Assembly (NCBI GenBank): GCA_051294905.1
Contig: CM119371.1
Coordinates: forward strand, 27,158,001 to 27,222,000
DNA length: 64,000 nt
Reading direction: 5' to 3'
Source: Botryllus schlosseri
Taxonomy: Eukaryota
Part shown: positions 26,254 through 38,459 of the stretch, piece after piece
Layout of the letters: each line of letters starts with the position of its first letter
Numbering within the stretch: the stretch's first letter is position 1
The notes under the pieces: model-generated
The model's input: only the letters and a program-made list of their open reading frames with translations
What the model was told of the DNA's origin: nothing
Database searches by the model: none
Program-made: the position numbers and the translations under genes

Positions 26254-27939
26254 TCATACGAGGTAAAACTCAAGTATTCGTGATACTAGAAACAGTCGCC
26301 TGTGTGTAGCATTTGGCATACAAACTAGAATGCACTGTACCCTTGCGTACCAACTAGTAAAGTATTTATATTTTCCTTTTCGTGTAATACGATCCCGACA
26401 AAACTGCAAATTATTGACCAGAATGACCACACAGCATTAGTTGATATAATGTAAAATGTCATACTTTTATCAGCCACAATCGAGCGCGTTGACTGCGGAA
26501 CGCCGCGTTGCGTCTCGAATTACGAGAGTTTACGTGAGTTCAAATCACCCTTGCGTGAGCTGGCAGCAAAATATTTTGTGATACCAATTTCGGCACTGTG
26601 CGGTAATCGCATTCGAGAGAGCTAATTAGCGATGTTTGAGCAGAGATTCTGATTTACCGACTTATTTTGTTTTTGTAATGTCTTCCCAGGTCTGAATATC
26701 GTTGTTACTATGTTGCATCACTTGCATGACCAACTGTATTTGTAGAGTCTGTCTCTGGCTCGTAAAACGGGATACCGAAAGTACAATCTTGGTAGCTTGT
26801 CACACGATGTTTACCGTCCACATTCATATCAACAGTATATTAGTTAAACGTGATTTTGCAGCACGGCAATATTACATGATTTATTTATAAGGTATTAATA
26901 TAGGTACCGGTTCTGAAATGCGGTGGCTATGTGAATGTCCCAATGTCCACCGACTAACTTTAGATCGCATTCAGATGAACTCAAACATATTTGGTCAGTA
27001 AAGAGTTAATTTTACTTTGTTCTGATTGTGCAAGTAAGTTTCCCTACCTGTACCACTTTCTCCGGTGCCTATAAGCTATATACACTACTTCCATAGTACT
27101 TTCACTAAATAGAGTATTGTTTCAGATATGCCTGCATCCGTTTTATTAGTGCCAGCGCATTAAAACTGGTCGGAAAGGTCTCCGCATCACTGTAACTGAA
27201 TATATTGTCTTAAATTGAACCTATTTATTGTGCCATTGGTAATTTTCTGTCATTCGTGAAGAAGCACTCAGGAATGTCTAAAGTGTTCATGCCCGACTAA
27301 CCATTAACAGAGTGTGAACAAGCGACCAAATCTACTTTTGAAACTATACTTGAGCACTGCTCATCTCTTCATTTTATACTTCTAATACTTCGACGTTACT
27401 TCTACGTCTACTTGAGTAGGAACGCTGACTATTTGGCCACATCTGAGCTCAAGACAACAATGTTAAAGTTCTGGCAAGAGAAATACTAGTTACCAGTATA
27501 ACAGCCCCTGCTAATATCCTGACGAATAGTAAACAACATAATATAGGACAAGCAATTTGCAGAGAGTAAATGTATTAGTTGCAACCAAGGTAACAGAAAT
27601 TCAAAAGTAACATATATTCACGTGACAAGAAACGAAACTCAAAACAATATTGAATACCAGTGTTAGGTATTGCAATGTCGATTGGTTCATGATATGATTG
27701 CTTCCTGGAAAGCAAGTAATAGTATAGCATGGCATTTACCTTTAAATGATATCTCAGTTTCCGTTTATAAATTTGTTAACCGTTTAACGTATACTCAATA
27801 TTTCTCTTCGCCTAAATACAGAAGGCTGGTTGCAATTAAAAGTATGGTAATCATTAGATAAGGATTATACATGACGTATACATCTCAATGTCACTGATAG
27901 TCCAAGTTAGAACGTTATCAGAGGGGAACGTACGAATCG

Positions 27940-28252
27940 TCAGAATCTTCTTCGGAACTTCATCTCGGAGAACTGAATGTAATGATAAGTTGAAGGAAAA
28001 TTCTGGTCCTCCCACACAAAGCTATCCACGCCCCTCGTGCGAAATCCATTGAGATGGCTGTCGGCACAGGCGTGAAACCACCAAGCTCCTTTCCAGTAAG
28101 AAGCGCAATTCACACTTGAAGCTGCGTCGTGATCTGCGTCTTTCGTTGTGAATGGTTGATTGTTATGCCCCCCGAGTGAATCCGTGGCATTTCCGGAGTA
28201 TCCGGACACGTTCAATATGTAGTTGGTGGAGCCAGGTCCGACTCGAAAATTG
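27940..28252 (-). CDS. FReP paralog A exon 5 (C-terminal part of fibrinogen domain)
   Basis: tag|C AAT TTT CGA...; [20 protein letters not shown]...GAWWFHAC...SEMKFRRRF*. Confidence 0.93.
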
Positions 28253-31200
28253 CTAAAATAACATGATGCGAAAAGTCTTGAATATGTAAGTAATATGCAA
28301 TATCGATTTTTTTTTCTAACCTCATTGTGTAACAAAATTTGATTTGTAGATTCTCAAATCTCCCACTACACACGGAGGAAAAGTAATGTTTTCATTACCA
28401 AAATATTCAATAAATAATATAAATACTCATACGTCCAGCACTTGAAGCAAATAAATGAAGCGGCGTTGAAAGAGCTGTGATACAGCAAGATAATCTCGAA
28501 ACCAGAGGTGGTACGTAACGAAATACTTCTACTGCAAGTAGATTTCGTCTACTTGTACTACTTCCTCTTGTAGTTATGTTTTGAATACTTCTAATTCTAC
28601 ATGACATATTTCAGTTTTCTAGGTAAAATTAGGCCTAGAATACTTACTTTTTTACTTACTTGGGAATAGCTACTTCCACTTATGATCGAGTAGAAATTTA
28701 CGAAGTTACTTTTACTTCTACCCACGCTGGCTATTTTGACCACACCTCGCCTCGAATCCCCACAAAACAGATACGGAAAATACGGTGCCAAATAACAATA
28801 TGCTTGCAGTATTTATGCGAGGTGGACCTGAAAGCACAGGGTCGCTACAAGCTCTAGCTCTAGAAATTCATTCCGTTTCGTCCGCTTTTAAACATAATTA
28901 TCACGAAACGGTGCGATTAATATACGCGTACGGGGTCGATAAAACGTGCATTGAAGCATATTGCTGATTGATGCGAGTTTAGGAAATTTGAGTTTCTACA
29001 TATTCGGTTCGCAAAAATAGCATCTATCTTGTTATCACGAGCTAGGGCTTCTACTGTATAGTTTCCTGGCGAAAATAATCTTCATAAAATCAGAATTTTT
29101 GATCAAACCAACCGATACAACCTGTATCCGGCATAGGTAATTCTACCGTCTATTCCAGGGGTCTCAAACTTGAATGTGATCGCCGGCCAGTTTCCTAGTT
29201 TTTGATAACGTCGCGGACCGCAGAATCAGCAATATAGGGGTATTTAACGTATTTCCAAGTAAATATTGTATGACGGGACCTTGCAGATTGACATCCCCCA
29301 TCTCTTGGAAATGCGATTTACTAATGCAGTAATTCACGTCAGTATGCCACAAAAATTATATTTTGAGATATCTGAATAGCATTGCTGTGTTACCTGGTCG
29401 AGAGTACGCATAATTTGAAAAACAAACATGGGATGTGGACACCAAGCTAGAGGAAAAACGCATCATGTTATCATAAGAGATGCTGCGTTATAATTTGCAG
29501 CTATAGCGGACATTTGGATAGCCAAAAGTATAGGTAAAATATATTTGATTGATCTGATGTCACATCATTTGAGAAGTGTGGCGTAATCCAGGTTTCGGGT
29601 CTGTTCCTGATGAGTAGGCTATTGATCTTGTCAATGTCCAAGTCGAATTGATACAGCGTTAGAGTAACTTTCAAATAATCGAACAGATACATCACAATAT
29701 AAATGTATTAGTAGGCCTAAATGTGACATAGTATTACAAACGCCCATCGCCAAAACAACCCATGGAGTTTGTCGCGGTGGCGCGTACAACTACGCTACTC
29801 ATGACTCAACAACATGACTCAACAAAATGAAGAAATTTTTTGCAGCTTCCGGGGGGTCTCTGAGTATATAATCGTAGCTTCTGACGGGTCCACACCCTAA
29901 TTGTTACGGACTTAATATTAGTACGTCATATGGAACGGGATGACATGATGTGTATATTCATATTTCTTCTTTTCCCACCAACTTCAGCAGCGGACCCGGA
30001 TCCGAAAAGTACAGACTCACCTTAGGAATATAATACCGAAAGAATAAAGACAATGAACGAGGTTTTAGTGGGACTAGTGACTAAAGTCAATAACAAAAAC
30101 CATGACCTACCGGTACTTGGCAGACAAATGAACTCCATGTAGCGTGATCATATTAATTTTCAACTCATAATCTCCTTCCCGTGTCATCTGATGTAACGCC
30201 TCCAGTCCTGATGAAAGATAATATCAGGTATCATAACTCTGCGGAATCGGTGTGACAAGAGCATTAGATTATTGACATATGTATTTGGAGCTGTTCATAA
30301 CGAATTGCGCTACCACAGACTTATCATGTCTGGTTTATACATCATATCTTATTCGTGATACATTTTGATTACCTTATTTCGGAAGTAAAAACGTTTAATA
30401 CTAGTAATTCATCAACATCTGTATAAAAATACCAAAATCAATGGTGGCGGTATAGCGTAGTGCCACGATCCACCGCTGCAACAGTAATAGGTTAAGGATT
30501 CCAGTTCGGCCGAGGTCGAATCTAAAATCCCAATTCAAATTTTGGATATTTATCTAGGCTACTCCTCGTCATCTCCATCGAGTAAGTAGTGTCTCATAGC
30601 ATAAGGGAACAGGGGAAGTGCCGATCACAGGATCACATAATTTTAAGCTGTTGCACAATCCCGATCACTTTATGCCAACATTTGAAGGTTGAAACCAAGC
30701 ATTCATCTTTGGCTCGCTGTTCGCAGTACACAGCAAGTTGGAACCTATGTGTTTTCGAACGTATATCTCATCGGTATCCAGGCCGTGTGCCTTTGGACCA
30801 GGGGCGGGCAACATACCAGTGTTGGGATCAAGTCACTACCTTCGAGTCACGAGTCATTTCGAGCCATTGCACATTTTGACTCGAGTCAAGTCAAGTCAAT
30901 CGATTTTCGAAGGTGACTCGAGTCAAGTCAAGTCACTGGATTTTTGGAGGTGACTCGAGTCAAGTCGAGTCAAGTCAAGTCAAGTCAAGTCAAGTCAAGT
31001 CAAGTCAAGTCAAGTCACGAGTCAAGTCACAATTCAAGTCAAGTTAGCTTTTCGAAGTATGAGGCATGATTATGTCATTGCATTTTGCTGGGTGTCTGAA
31101 ATACAGATTGAGTGGTCATCGATTCTGAACCAATGAACGAATACAGAGTTAAATATACACGCAAGAAGGCGCTGTATCGCTCATATATACGTAGAACTGC

Positions 31201-34200
31201 TAAACTACGTAAGTAATTGCATAGTCTCAGTTTATAGTTACCAGCCAAAATAGATAATAGAGAAACGAATTGATGAGATACAATATACATTCGAGCCTGC
31301 GCCAATGGTTGATGACTATATAAACTATATTCGAATTCAAATTCAATTAACCAAGACGTTTGATTAAGGTAAGAACAGAAAGCTGAAATACACATTTTAC
31401 TATTAAATTACTTCACTATACTAGTTTACGACTTCGTAAGCTATAAGCTTCGATCACTTCGTTTGCGGTCAATTTATTTGGGAAAGAACAATGGAGGCAC
31501 AGTGAAACGCATGATCATTGAATGATTAGTCGCTCTCACGGGTTACACGAGCGTTTCGCGAGCAACCCGATCATATGCAAGATACAATGATTTTTATCGA
31601 CACCGATTACTTGATGACTTGAAATTGACTCGTGAATTTTGCTCCGAGTCACGAGTCAATCCACACTTTTGATACGCCGAGTCAAGTCAAGTCAAGTCAT
31701 TTTAGAAAAGTGACTCGAGTCAAGTCAAGTCATACGAAAAAGGTGACTCGAGTCTGACGCGTGTCAAGTCATGACTCGAGTCATCCCAACACTGCAACAT
31801 ACGGCCGGGGAAGGGATTTTGAGCGGCCCGCAGATAGTCTCAGGTTATTTATGATAATGTGGCCTGCGGCTAAAGAGAGGTGCCAATGGAACTATTTGCT
31901 ATGTTCAAGTCTACAGAAATTTGCGAGCAAACATTTTCGACCATGAAAACTAACAATCGAACTCAGGGGTGGGCAATTATATTTTCTCCGTTGGCCAAAT
32001 GAGAAGCAGAAAATATAATGGCGGGCCGACTAAAGTTTTTTAGCTGTATGCCACAGCGGTATTATTTTTTTGTTTTAATTGAAAGCAGTGAATTGCAGTG
32101 TTAGTGTATGCTGCTCAGTGTATATGTTCAGCGAGAAGTAAGTGACGGTTAATTACCAACAAATAATATTTTCAGCCGTCATATTTCGAACAATGTTAAA
32201 CATGAAACATTTTTAATTCTCTATAAAACCCTATCCGCGTTTTTCTATCAGGAAATTAAACTGTATTTGAGATACTACAGGCAATAAATTCAATAAATAC
32301 TGTTTTGACCGCTATGCTTTCAACCTAAAATTCACATTATATACGATTTATTCCTTGTATATGTGGCAAGGTTGTAACCAAGTCACAAGGCTCCAAGTCG
32401 CAAGTCAATATCACTTTTATAGTTTTGACTCGAGTCATTTTCAATTCACCACCGAGTCAAGTCCGAGTCAAGGTAGCAAGATGAGGGTCGAGTCCGAGTC
32501 ATGGTATTATGACTCGAGCCCGAGTCATGGTATTATGACTCGAGCCCGAGTCCAAGTCATCGTGTTGACAGCTCAATTACAGTCTTGTCAAACCCACTGT
32601 TATAACTCTGTCTGGTGATATCCAATGGTTCGCATTTATAACGTACTATAATTTCCCTCCGTTTTAGCAGTTTTGGTTGCATTTTCGAGTAGCAGTCAGT
32701 GTTGGGATGACTCGAGTCACCTTTTTCGTATGACTAGACTTGACTCGAGTCACTTTGCTAAAATGACTTGACTTAACTCGGCGTATCAGAAATGTGAATA
32801 GACTCGTGACTCGGAGCAAAATTCACGAGTCAATTTCAAGTCATCAAGTAATCGGCGTCGATAAAAATCACTATATCTTGCATAAGTTTGGATTGTTCGC
32901 GAAACGCTGGTGTAACCCGTGAGAGCGACCAGTCATTCAATGATCGTACGTTTTACTGAGGCTCCATTGTTTTCTCGCAAATAAATTGACATGAAACGAA
33001 ATGATCGAAGCTTACAGCTTATGTTGTCGTGAACTAGTAGTAAAGTAATTTAATAGCAAATATATATTTCTGTAATCTTTTCTTACCCTAACCAAACCTC
33101 TTGTTTTATTGAATTGAATTTGGATAGAGTTTATATAGTTCTCAACCATATGCACAAGCTCGAATTGTATCATCTCAATTTGTAAATGGGTAATTTATAG
33201 TATTAATTTATCGCTTTGACTCGAGTCAACCCAAGAAAACCGAGTGACTTGACATTAACTCGAGACAAAATGTTCAATAACTCGAAGTGACTCGTGACTC
33301 GAAGGTAGTGACTTGATCCCAACACTGGTACCAGTACCAACAGACGAAATCTCAATAGCGTAGGTACTTATACCTTCGAAATTACAAGGAATGACGGTCT
33401 GGCCGTCATGTGCAATGAATCGAGTCCAAGTCGAGTCAATACACAGATTTACTCGAGTTGAGTCATTTTCATATTTCGAGCGAATGGCTCGAGTCAAGTC
33501 GAGTCATGACTCGAGTCATTACAACCCTGATATGTGGATAAATACACGATTACAGAATCCATTTAGGAATCCGGCCCGCCAAGTACTTCATTTTCATATA
33601 TCCGGCCCGCCGACTGGAGAAGTTGCCCGCCCCTGCTTTGGACCAACCGGGTGGGGACCGATGATACGCTTGTGCAATTAATTTTAAACTTTCAAACGGC
33701 ATATATTCATGTGTATATCCGCGGTAGGTAGAGCGTGGACCAAAGTGTTGAGCCAGCAAAAGCTCCGATTTTGGTGGATGAAGGTTTGGGGGGTAGAGAA
33801 CAAATTATAATTTTTGATCGATTGGTACCACATCTCTACAATACGACTTGTCGACCAGATTTACCTTCGGGAGCACATAGGTGAGTGATTGGGTATACAT
33901 TTGCGTCGTTACTGAACTTTACTTTTATCTGAATAACAACGCCGACTAATATACATTGAATGTTTGCAGGCGCATGAATAAGATGCATCTTACATCCACT
34001 GCGACTCAAATTTAGTTCAATGTTTATCATTATGTAAAGCCTACATGTACTCGTACCTAACCAGATATTTTCAAAATCTCCAAATCCGTTCACGTAGTCA
34101 GCCCAATTTCGGAAGAAATCGACATTGCCGTTCTTTCTTCGTTGAAAAACCTGTAATGGAAGTGGAAATGAAGCTTATCCTCTTGAACTTATGAAACATT

Positions 34201-34873
34201 CAACATACGGTCCAGTTTCCTCCTTCATCTCTGACGTCACAAAACACGTTCTTGAATCCGATTCCGGGAATGAGTAATCCGACCACACCACCAGTGTGGC
34301 TGTGTGCTAATTGTGACTCGATTTGAGCGCCTTCGCAGTTACTCGGTAAAAGAGTGTGAATAGCTACAAATCAGAGGTGTGATTTCAGAAAATTTGTTCC
34401 GAAACCCCATCAATCAACAACACACCTTTCTTTATTTTTCTATCGACGGTTCCTTCGGTCACAATGCTGTCAAAGATACTCCGGGGCCGAAGCCATTGTG
34501 CGCTATGGGCGGGATACGGTAAATATTCAAGCGTGCTTCCACCAGCAAGTCGAATCGTTCCATTAGCGGGTCGAATCCTTCCATTGGCGGGTAGAATCAT
34601 TCCATTAGCGTGCCCATAAAGCCGCCTAGGTAGCCGTGGTAAAGGTGTCCATTCCGACGTTCTATTTGGGATTCTTGATGACCTCGTTCGTGATTTGAAG
34701 TATTCTTCGACCAAAGTCTTGTTATAGTTGCTCAGACGCCCCTGTCGGCACCAGAGGCCCCGGCACCCAATGGGTTTAGTTCTCGTTCCATTCTTGATTT
34801 TTGAAGCCGTCGTTTGTGATGCGAGGAAAAGTATAACCAGCAGAAAGGTTATGGCACTTGTTGGTGTTTCCAT
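27940..34873 (-). CDS. Fibrinogen-related protein (FReP/ficolin-tenascin-like fibrinogen C domain), paralog A; 5 exons complement(34873-34426, 34363-34209, 34150-34057, 30207-30111, 28252-27940); 368 aa
   Basis: Signal peptide [27 protein letters not shown] junctions with consistent phases 1,0,1,2 give one open frame of 1107 nt. FReD motifs: [36 protein letters not shown]....[11 protein letters not shown]...[38 protein letters not shown]....GAWWF..C..SHLNG, SEMKFRR. Exon phases and the sizes of exons 2-5 are identical in paralog B. Confidence 0.93.
28503..28750. mobile_element. TACTT-rich MITE in FReP A intron 4 (counterpart ~58183-58435 in paralog B)
   Basis: cagaggtggtacgtaacgaaatactt... 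at the same intronic position in both paralogs. Confidence 0.6.
30111..30207 (-). CDS. FReP paralog A exon 4
   Basis: cag|[33 protein letters not shown]|gtaggt; too short to appear in the ORF track. Confidence 0.9.
30443..30668 (+). mobile_element. Putative tRNA-derived SINE in FReP A intron 3 (counterpart ~60515-61172 in B)
   Basis: A-box-like GGTGGCGGTATAGCGTAGTG, degenerate B-box, core shared with the 12530 copy. Confidence 0.5.
30817..31794 (+). mobile_element. CAGTGTTGGGAT-family hAT MITE with (CAAGT)n array
   Basis: TIR CAGTGTTGGGAT, TSD CAACATAC; (CAAGT)n at ~30961-31040. Confidence 0.9.
32367..33529. mobile_element. CAGGGTTGTAA-family MITE
   Basis: caaggttgtaa...ttacaaccctg, TSD ATATGTGG. 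Confidence 0.87.
32697..33327 (-). mobile_element. CAGTGTTGGGAT-family MITE nested in 32367-33529, inverted relative to 30817-31794
   Basis: TIR CAGTGTTGGGAT; TSD GTAGCAGT/GTACCAGT (7/8). Confidence 0.85.
34057..34363 (-). CDS. FReP paralog A exons 2 (34363-34209) and 3 (34150-34057)
   Basis: [11 protein letters not shown]...[13 protein letters not shown] | [32 protein letters not shown]; 58-bp GT..AG intron between them. Confidence 0.92.
34426..34873 (-). CDS. FReP paralog A exon 1 (signal peptide + variable N-terminal region)
   Basis: ATG at 34873, hydrophobic leader, donor AAAG|GTGTGT at 34426/34425. Confidence 0.88.
34550..34612 (-). repeat. 21-bp coding tandem repeat x3 in FReP A exon 1 ([21 protein letters not shown])
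   Basis: tcgaatcgttccattagcggg / tcgaatccttccattggcggg / tagaatcattccattagcgtg. Confidence 0.85.
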
Positions 34874-37800
34874 CTAATTTTTCAAATATATTTGATTAAG
34901 AGTTTGTGCTTAGACCTGTGCAGCATTGGTACCGTGAATCCAGTGAATGATTTCAGCCTATTATCATAATAGAACTCAATTTAGATACGTAACGGAAAAC
35001 AGTTATTAGTTTGTTGGTCAATACATGACGTTTTCAGAAGTACCTGGTAACTTCCCATACTACACTTACGCGAAGGCAGTTTACGTTTGAAAGACCTGAT
35101 ACAAACCCGAAGATATTGACAAATATATCACCGCATTTCAAATTAAATGCATGAATATGTCATGGTATAGATATGTAATTTGTTGGTTTATGGGCATTAC
35201 GGTCTATATACCCCTTGCACTCCTGAAATAAATATCGTGTTCATGGAATCATAATTGCCGGCCTGGCGACGAGACATCCTCTCTGCTATGCGTAGGGATA
35301 ACTCTCTCGTAACTGAATGTATCGACCAAACACGTTCCTTTATATACCATCGTTTCAGGCGAAACTCTAGCTTTACTGAACCACCGATCGACTTCTCTCG
35401 GGTATATTCAAAGGTAGGAGTGCCCTACAGCATATCAACTGAGTGATTCCCGAAACGAACAACAATACCAAGAACACTAATCAATACTGCTTTCCGGTGC
35501 GTTAATTGATATTATGTGTGGTAAGAATTAAGTGCCCTACAGCTAGGTCGACCGAGTGATTGATGAATCCCGCAGCAATACCATGGACATTAGTTGATAC
35601 TGCTTCCCAGTACGTCACTAACCGATGATTTGCTTCCGGCTATATATTTTTTATGCTAATAGGAACCACGACAGAACGCCTCAACTGAAAAAAATAGTAC
35701 GCGGCTTCCTTTTTCTGAATACCATTATGTAAATTGCTCCATTTAAAACATTCAAAACCCGCAGCATTACCAGGAACATAGCCTACTTGTTACTCCTTCT
35801 CAATACCCGAATACCAGATAATTTATTCCCTGGAATGTATTTGTTCATATTCAAGCGGAGCACGGTATAAAGCCTTTATTAATAAATCATTTCACGGTTT
35901 CATTTTCTGAATAGAATTACGTAAATTTTTCGATCTGAAATACTTTCAATCGCTGAATAATGGGTACATACATTTAAATATTATATAATCGCCGAAATCA
36001 GCACCGCTATCGCTCGAACAGCACACAACGCAGAGTGGTCCAGCTTTCGTGAATTTTATCAGGATAACAGCGGGTTTATAGATGTCGCGCATTTATACCG
36101 TTGTTCGTTTTACAAAGCGATTGTTAAGCTAATTTCCAATATCTTCGTCGTATATACCACCTTTTAAGGAACACAGCTTGATAGCTCTCATTGACCATGT
36201 GATGCCAATCTCTGTAACTTTGCTATTGTGCCAAAAGCTCCAAAGGTTTTGAAATCACCTGTAAATTCCTTTCCTTTTGATTTTCTTCCTAATATTATGC
36301 ATTTTCAAACGTCGTGATAATGTTGTCGATGAATCTGTCCGATTTTGTATTGTCTCTAGTACCCGTCATTATGACATCATCAAAGTAGGAATGATTTACA
36401 ATGTCGAAGAATGTACCATTTCTGTGGTAAAAAGTGAATCATTGCCATTAGGTAGTCGCAACCAAAAATAATTTGGTACCTTTGTACCATGATTATTTCA
36501 TACCGAGATGTGACCTTGCTGATCGTTGGTCAGGAAAATGTCGCTATCATGATTCTTCGTAGCGTTGGTAAAAATGTTTTGGATTTTATGATACCATCAA
36601 TCGAGGTTTCAAAATATTCATGGTGGGAAGTTCGTATCCATCGAGACCAGTTTTCTCGGTGAAAAACAAAACCGCCGAAGTCTTTATTTTCGTTACGGCG
36701 GAAATGACTCTTACTGATCGTCTAGTGTACTACAATAAAATCTCAGCTAGGATTCGAGAACACGTATCATTGTGCATTGCCCTGATGCTAAATTGACCGG
36801 CATGATAATTATAGTTGCAGCCATGCAATGTAGATAGGCATGGCGTGGAAAATCAACGAACCGTGAGATAAACAGGACACCAAAGTCACGAAGACACGAT
36901 GAAAATGTTATTCGATAAGCGAAGGGTGAAACACAGGAGCAGCTCCTTGTACCATTCTCTAAGGAGAGGTGGATTCGTTGGACGTAACGCATCAGCGCAT
37001 AACGAATGCATGACGTATTACCATTGGGTTATCCGCAAGCAATATAGACGAATGGAAATATACCACATTCGCGTGAGCGTGTAAGGCAATCCAGTTTTGG
37101 AGCGGGAATTCTGTTTGTATGACGTAATGCAGCATCGCATAGCCGACAAACGTTTGTAATATTGTCGTTGGTGTATATCTACAAATAATGTCTAAAAAAT
37201 GGTATTGACCTACGCGTGAGATCGTACAAAGATTCCGATTTCGGTCATCGGACTAGCGTATCGATTGGCTTATTTGAGAGTATTAAACTGAATTTATTCT
37301 CCGAAACGAGAACATTGAAGTTGACTTGTAATGGGAATATTGCATTACTGCATCAAAATTTATTGCATGGTCGATTCAGTTATGGTTATACGCAGAACTA
37401 TGATAAATTATTGCAACACATAGGCGCATCGAGCGATATTTCGTATTTCACATTGATGCTGGAAACTCCTAATGATGATGTCCGACAATTCATGTGTCCA
37501 ATATATGCATTACACCACGATTGACGATTGTACATGAATCATTTTCTGCTTCAAACGCTACACATATTACAGTTATACCTCTTACGATGGTAAGCCACCT
37601 CTGTGCGCAAGTGAATAAATTTCTCGCGTTGGCAAAGTTATTTCAACTGTTTCGTGACGTGACGTGACCTGTGTGTCGATCCATCAGAATACTTTGTAAG
37701 CATATCATTTTCAGTATAAACTGAATTGGTATACAGTAACATGTCTATCGATGGCAGGTTGCTTTACGAGTTCAAATATTATTACAGGTATGCATTCACA

Positions 37801-38459
37801 CTAGGCTACATTTGAAAACTTGCGTCAGCTAATCACCAATATCTGTTCTCAGAGTGTTCACCGATTGATATTCGCTGGGTATAACTTCAAGGGTGGGGTA
37901 GGAGATCCTTGCAACTACATGCCAGTGACACTTCTTGATACTGCTTCCCAGTACGTCAATAACAGATGATTTATTCTCCGAAATGTTTTTTCATGTTAAA
38001 CAGGACCACGGAACAGCGCCTCTACTATAAAAATAGTATACTGTTACCTTTTTCTGGTTACCGTTGCGTAAATTGGTTCATTTCAGAAATTTGAAACCCA
38101 CAGCAATATCAGTAACACTGCTTGTTACGACTTCCCAATATAAATATATATATATATATATATATAATAATATAAATTCTATATATTACATAGCAGCCTG
38201 AATCGGTATCGATATCGACTGAACAACATACAACGCAGAGTGGTCCAGCTTTCTCAACTTTTATCAAGATAACAGGCGGTTTTCAGTTGCCGCTCACTTA
38301 TACCGGGCATACCACCACAATGTTTTAAAACCTTCACTGAAATAAAGCCAGTGAAATATTCTACTTTATTGTAGTGTATAGTGTGGGATGATGTATCAAA
38401 AATGCGACTGCCCCATGTATCTGCCAATGCGTCGGAACTGATATTTTAGTCATCAGCAA

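Larger units (their letters stand above)
30799..33635. mobile_element. hAT (Charlie-type) MITE hosting nested insertions, in FReP A intron 3
   Basis: CAGGGGCGGGCAAC...GTTGCCCGCCCCTG, TSD CTTTGGAC. Confidence 0.88.

Noticed and set aside
33836..34093. Read-through extension of FReP exon 3
   Set aside because: A canonical donor at 34057/34056 splices in phase to exon 4 (30207), which supplies the expected GLEALHQMT motif. The read-through peptide is not FReD-like.
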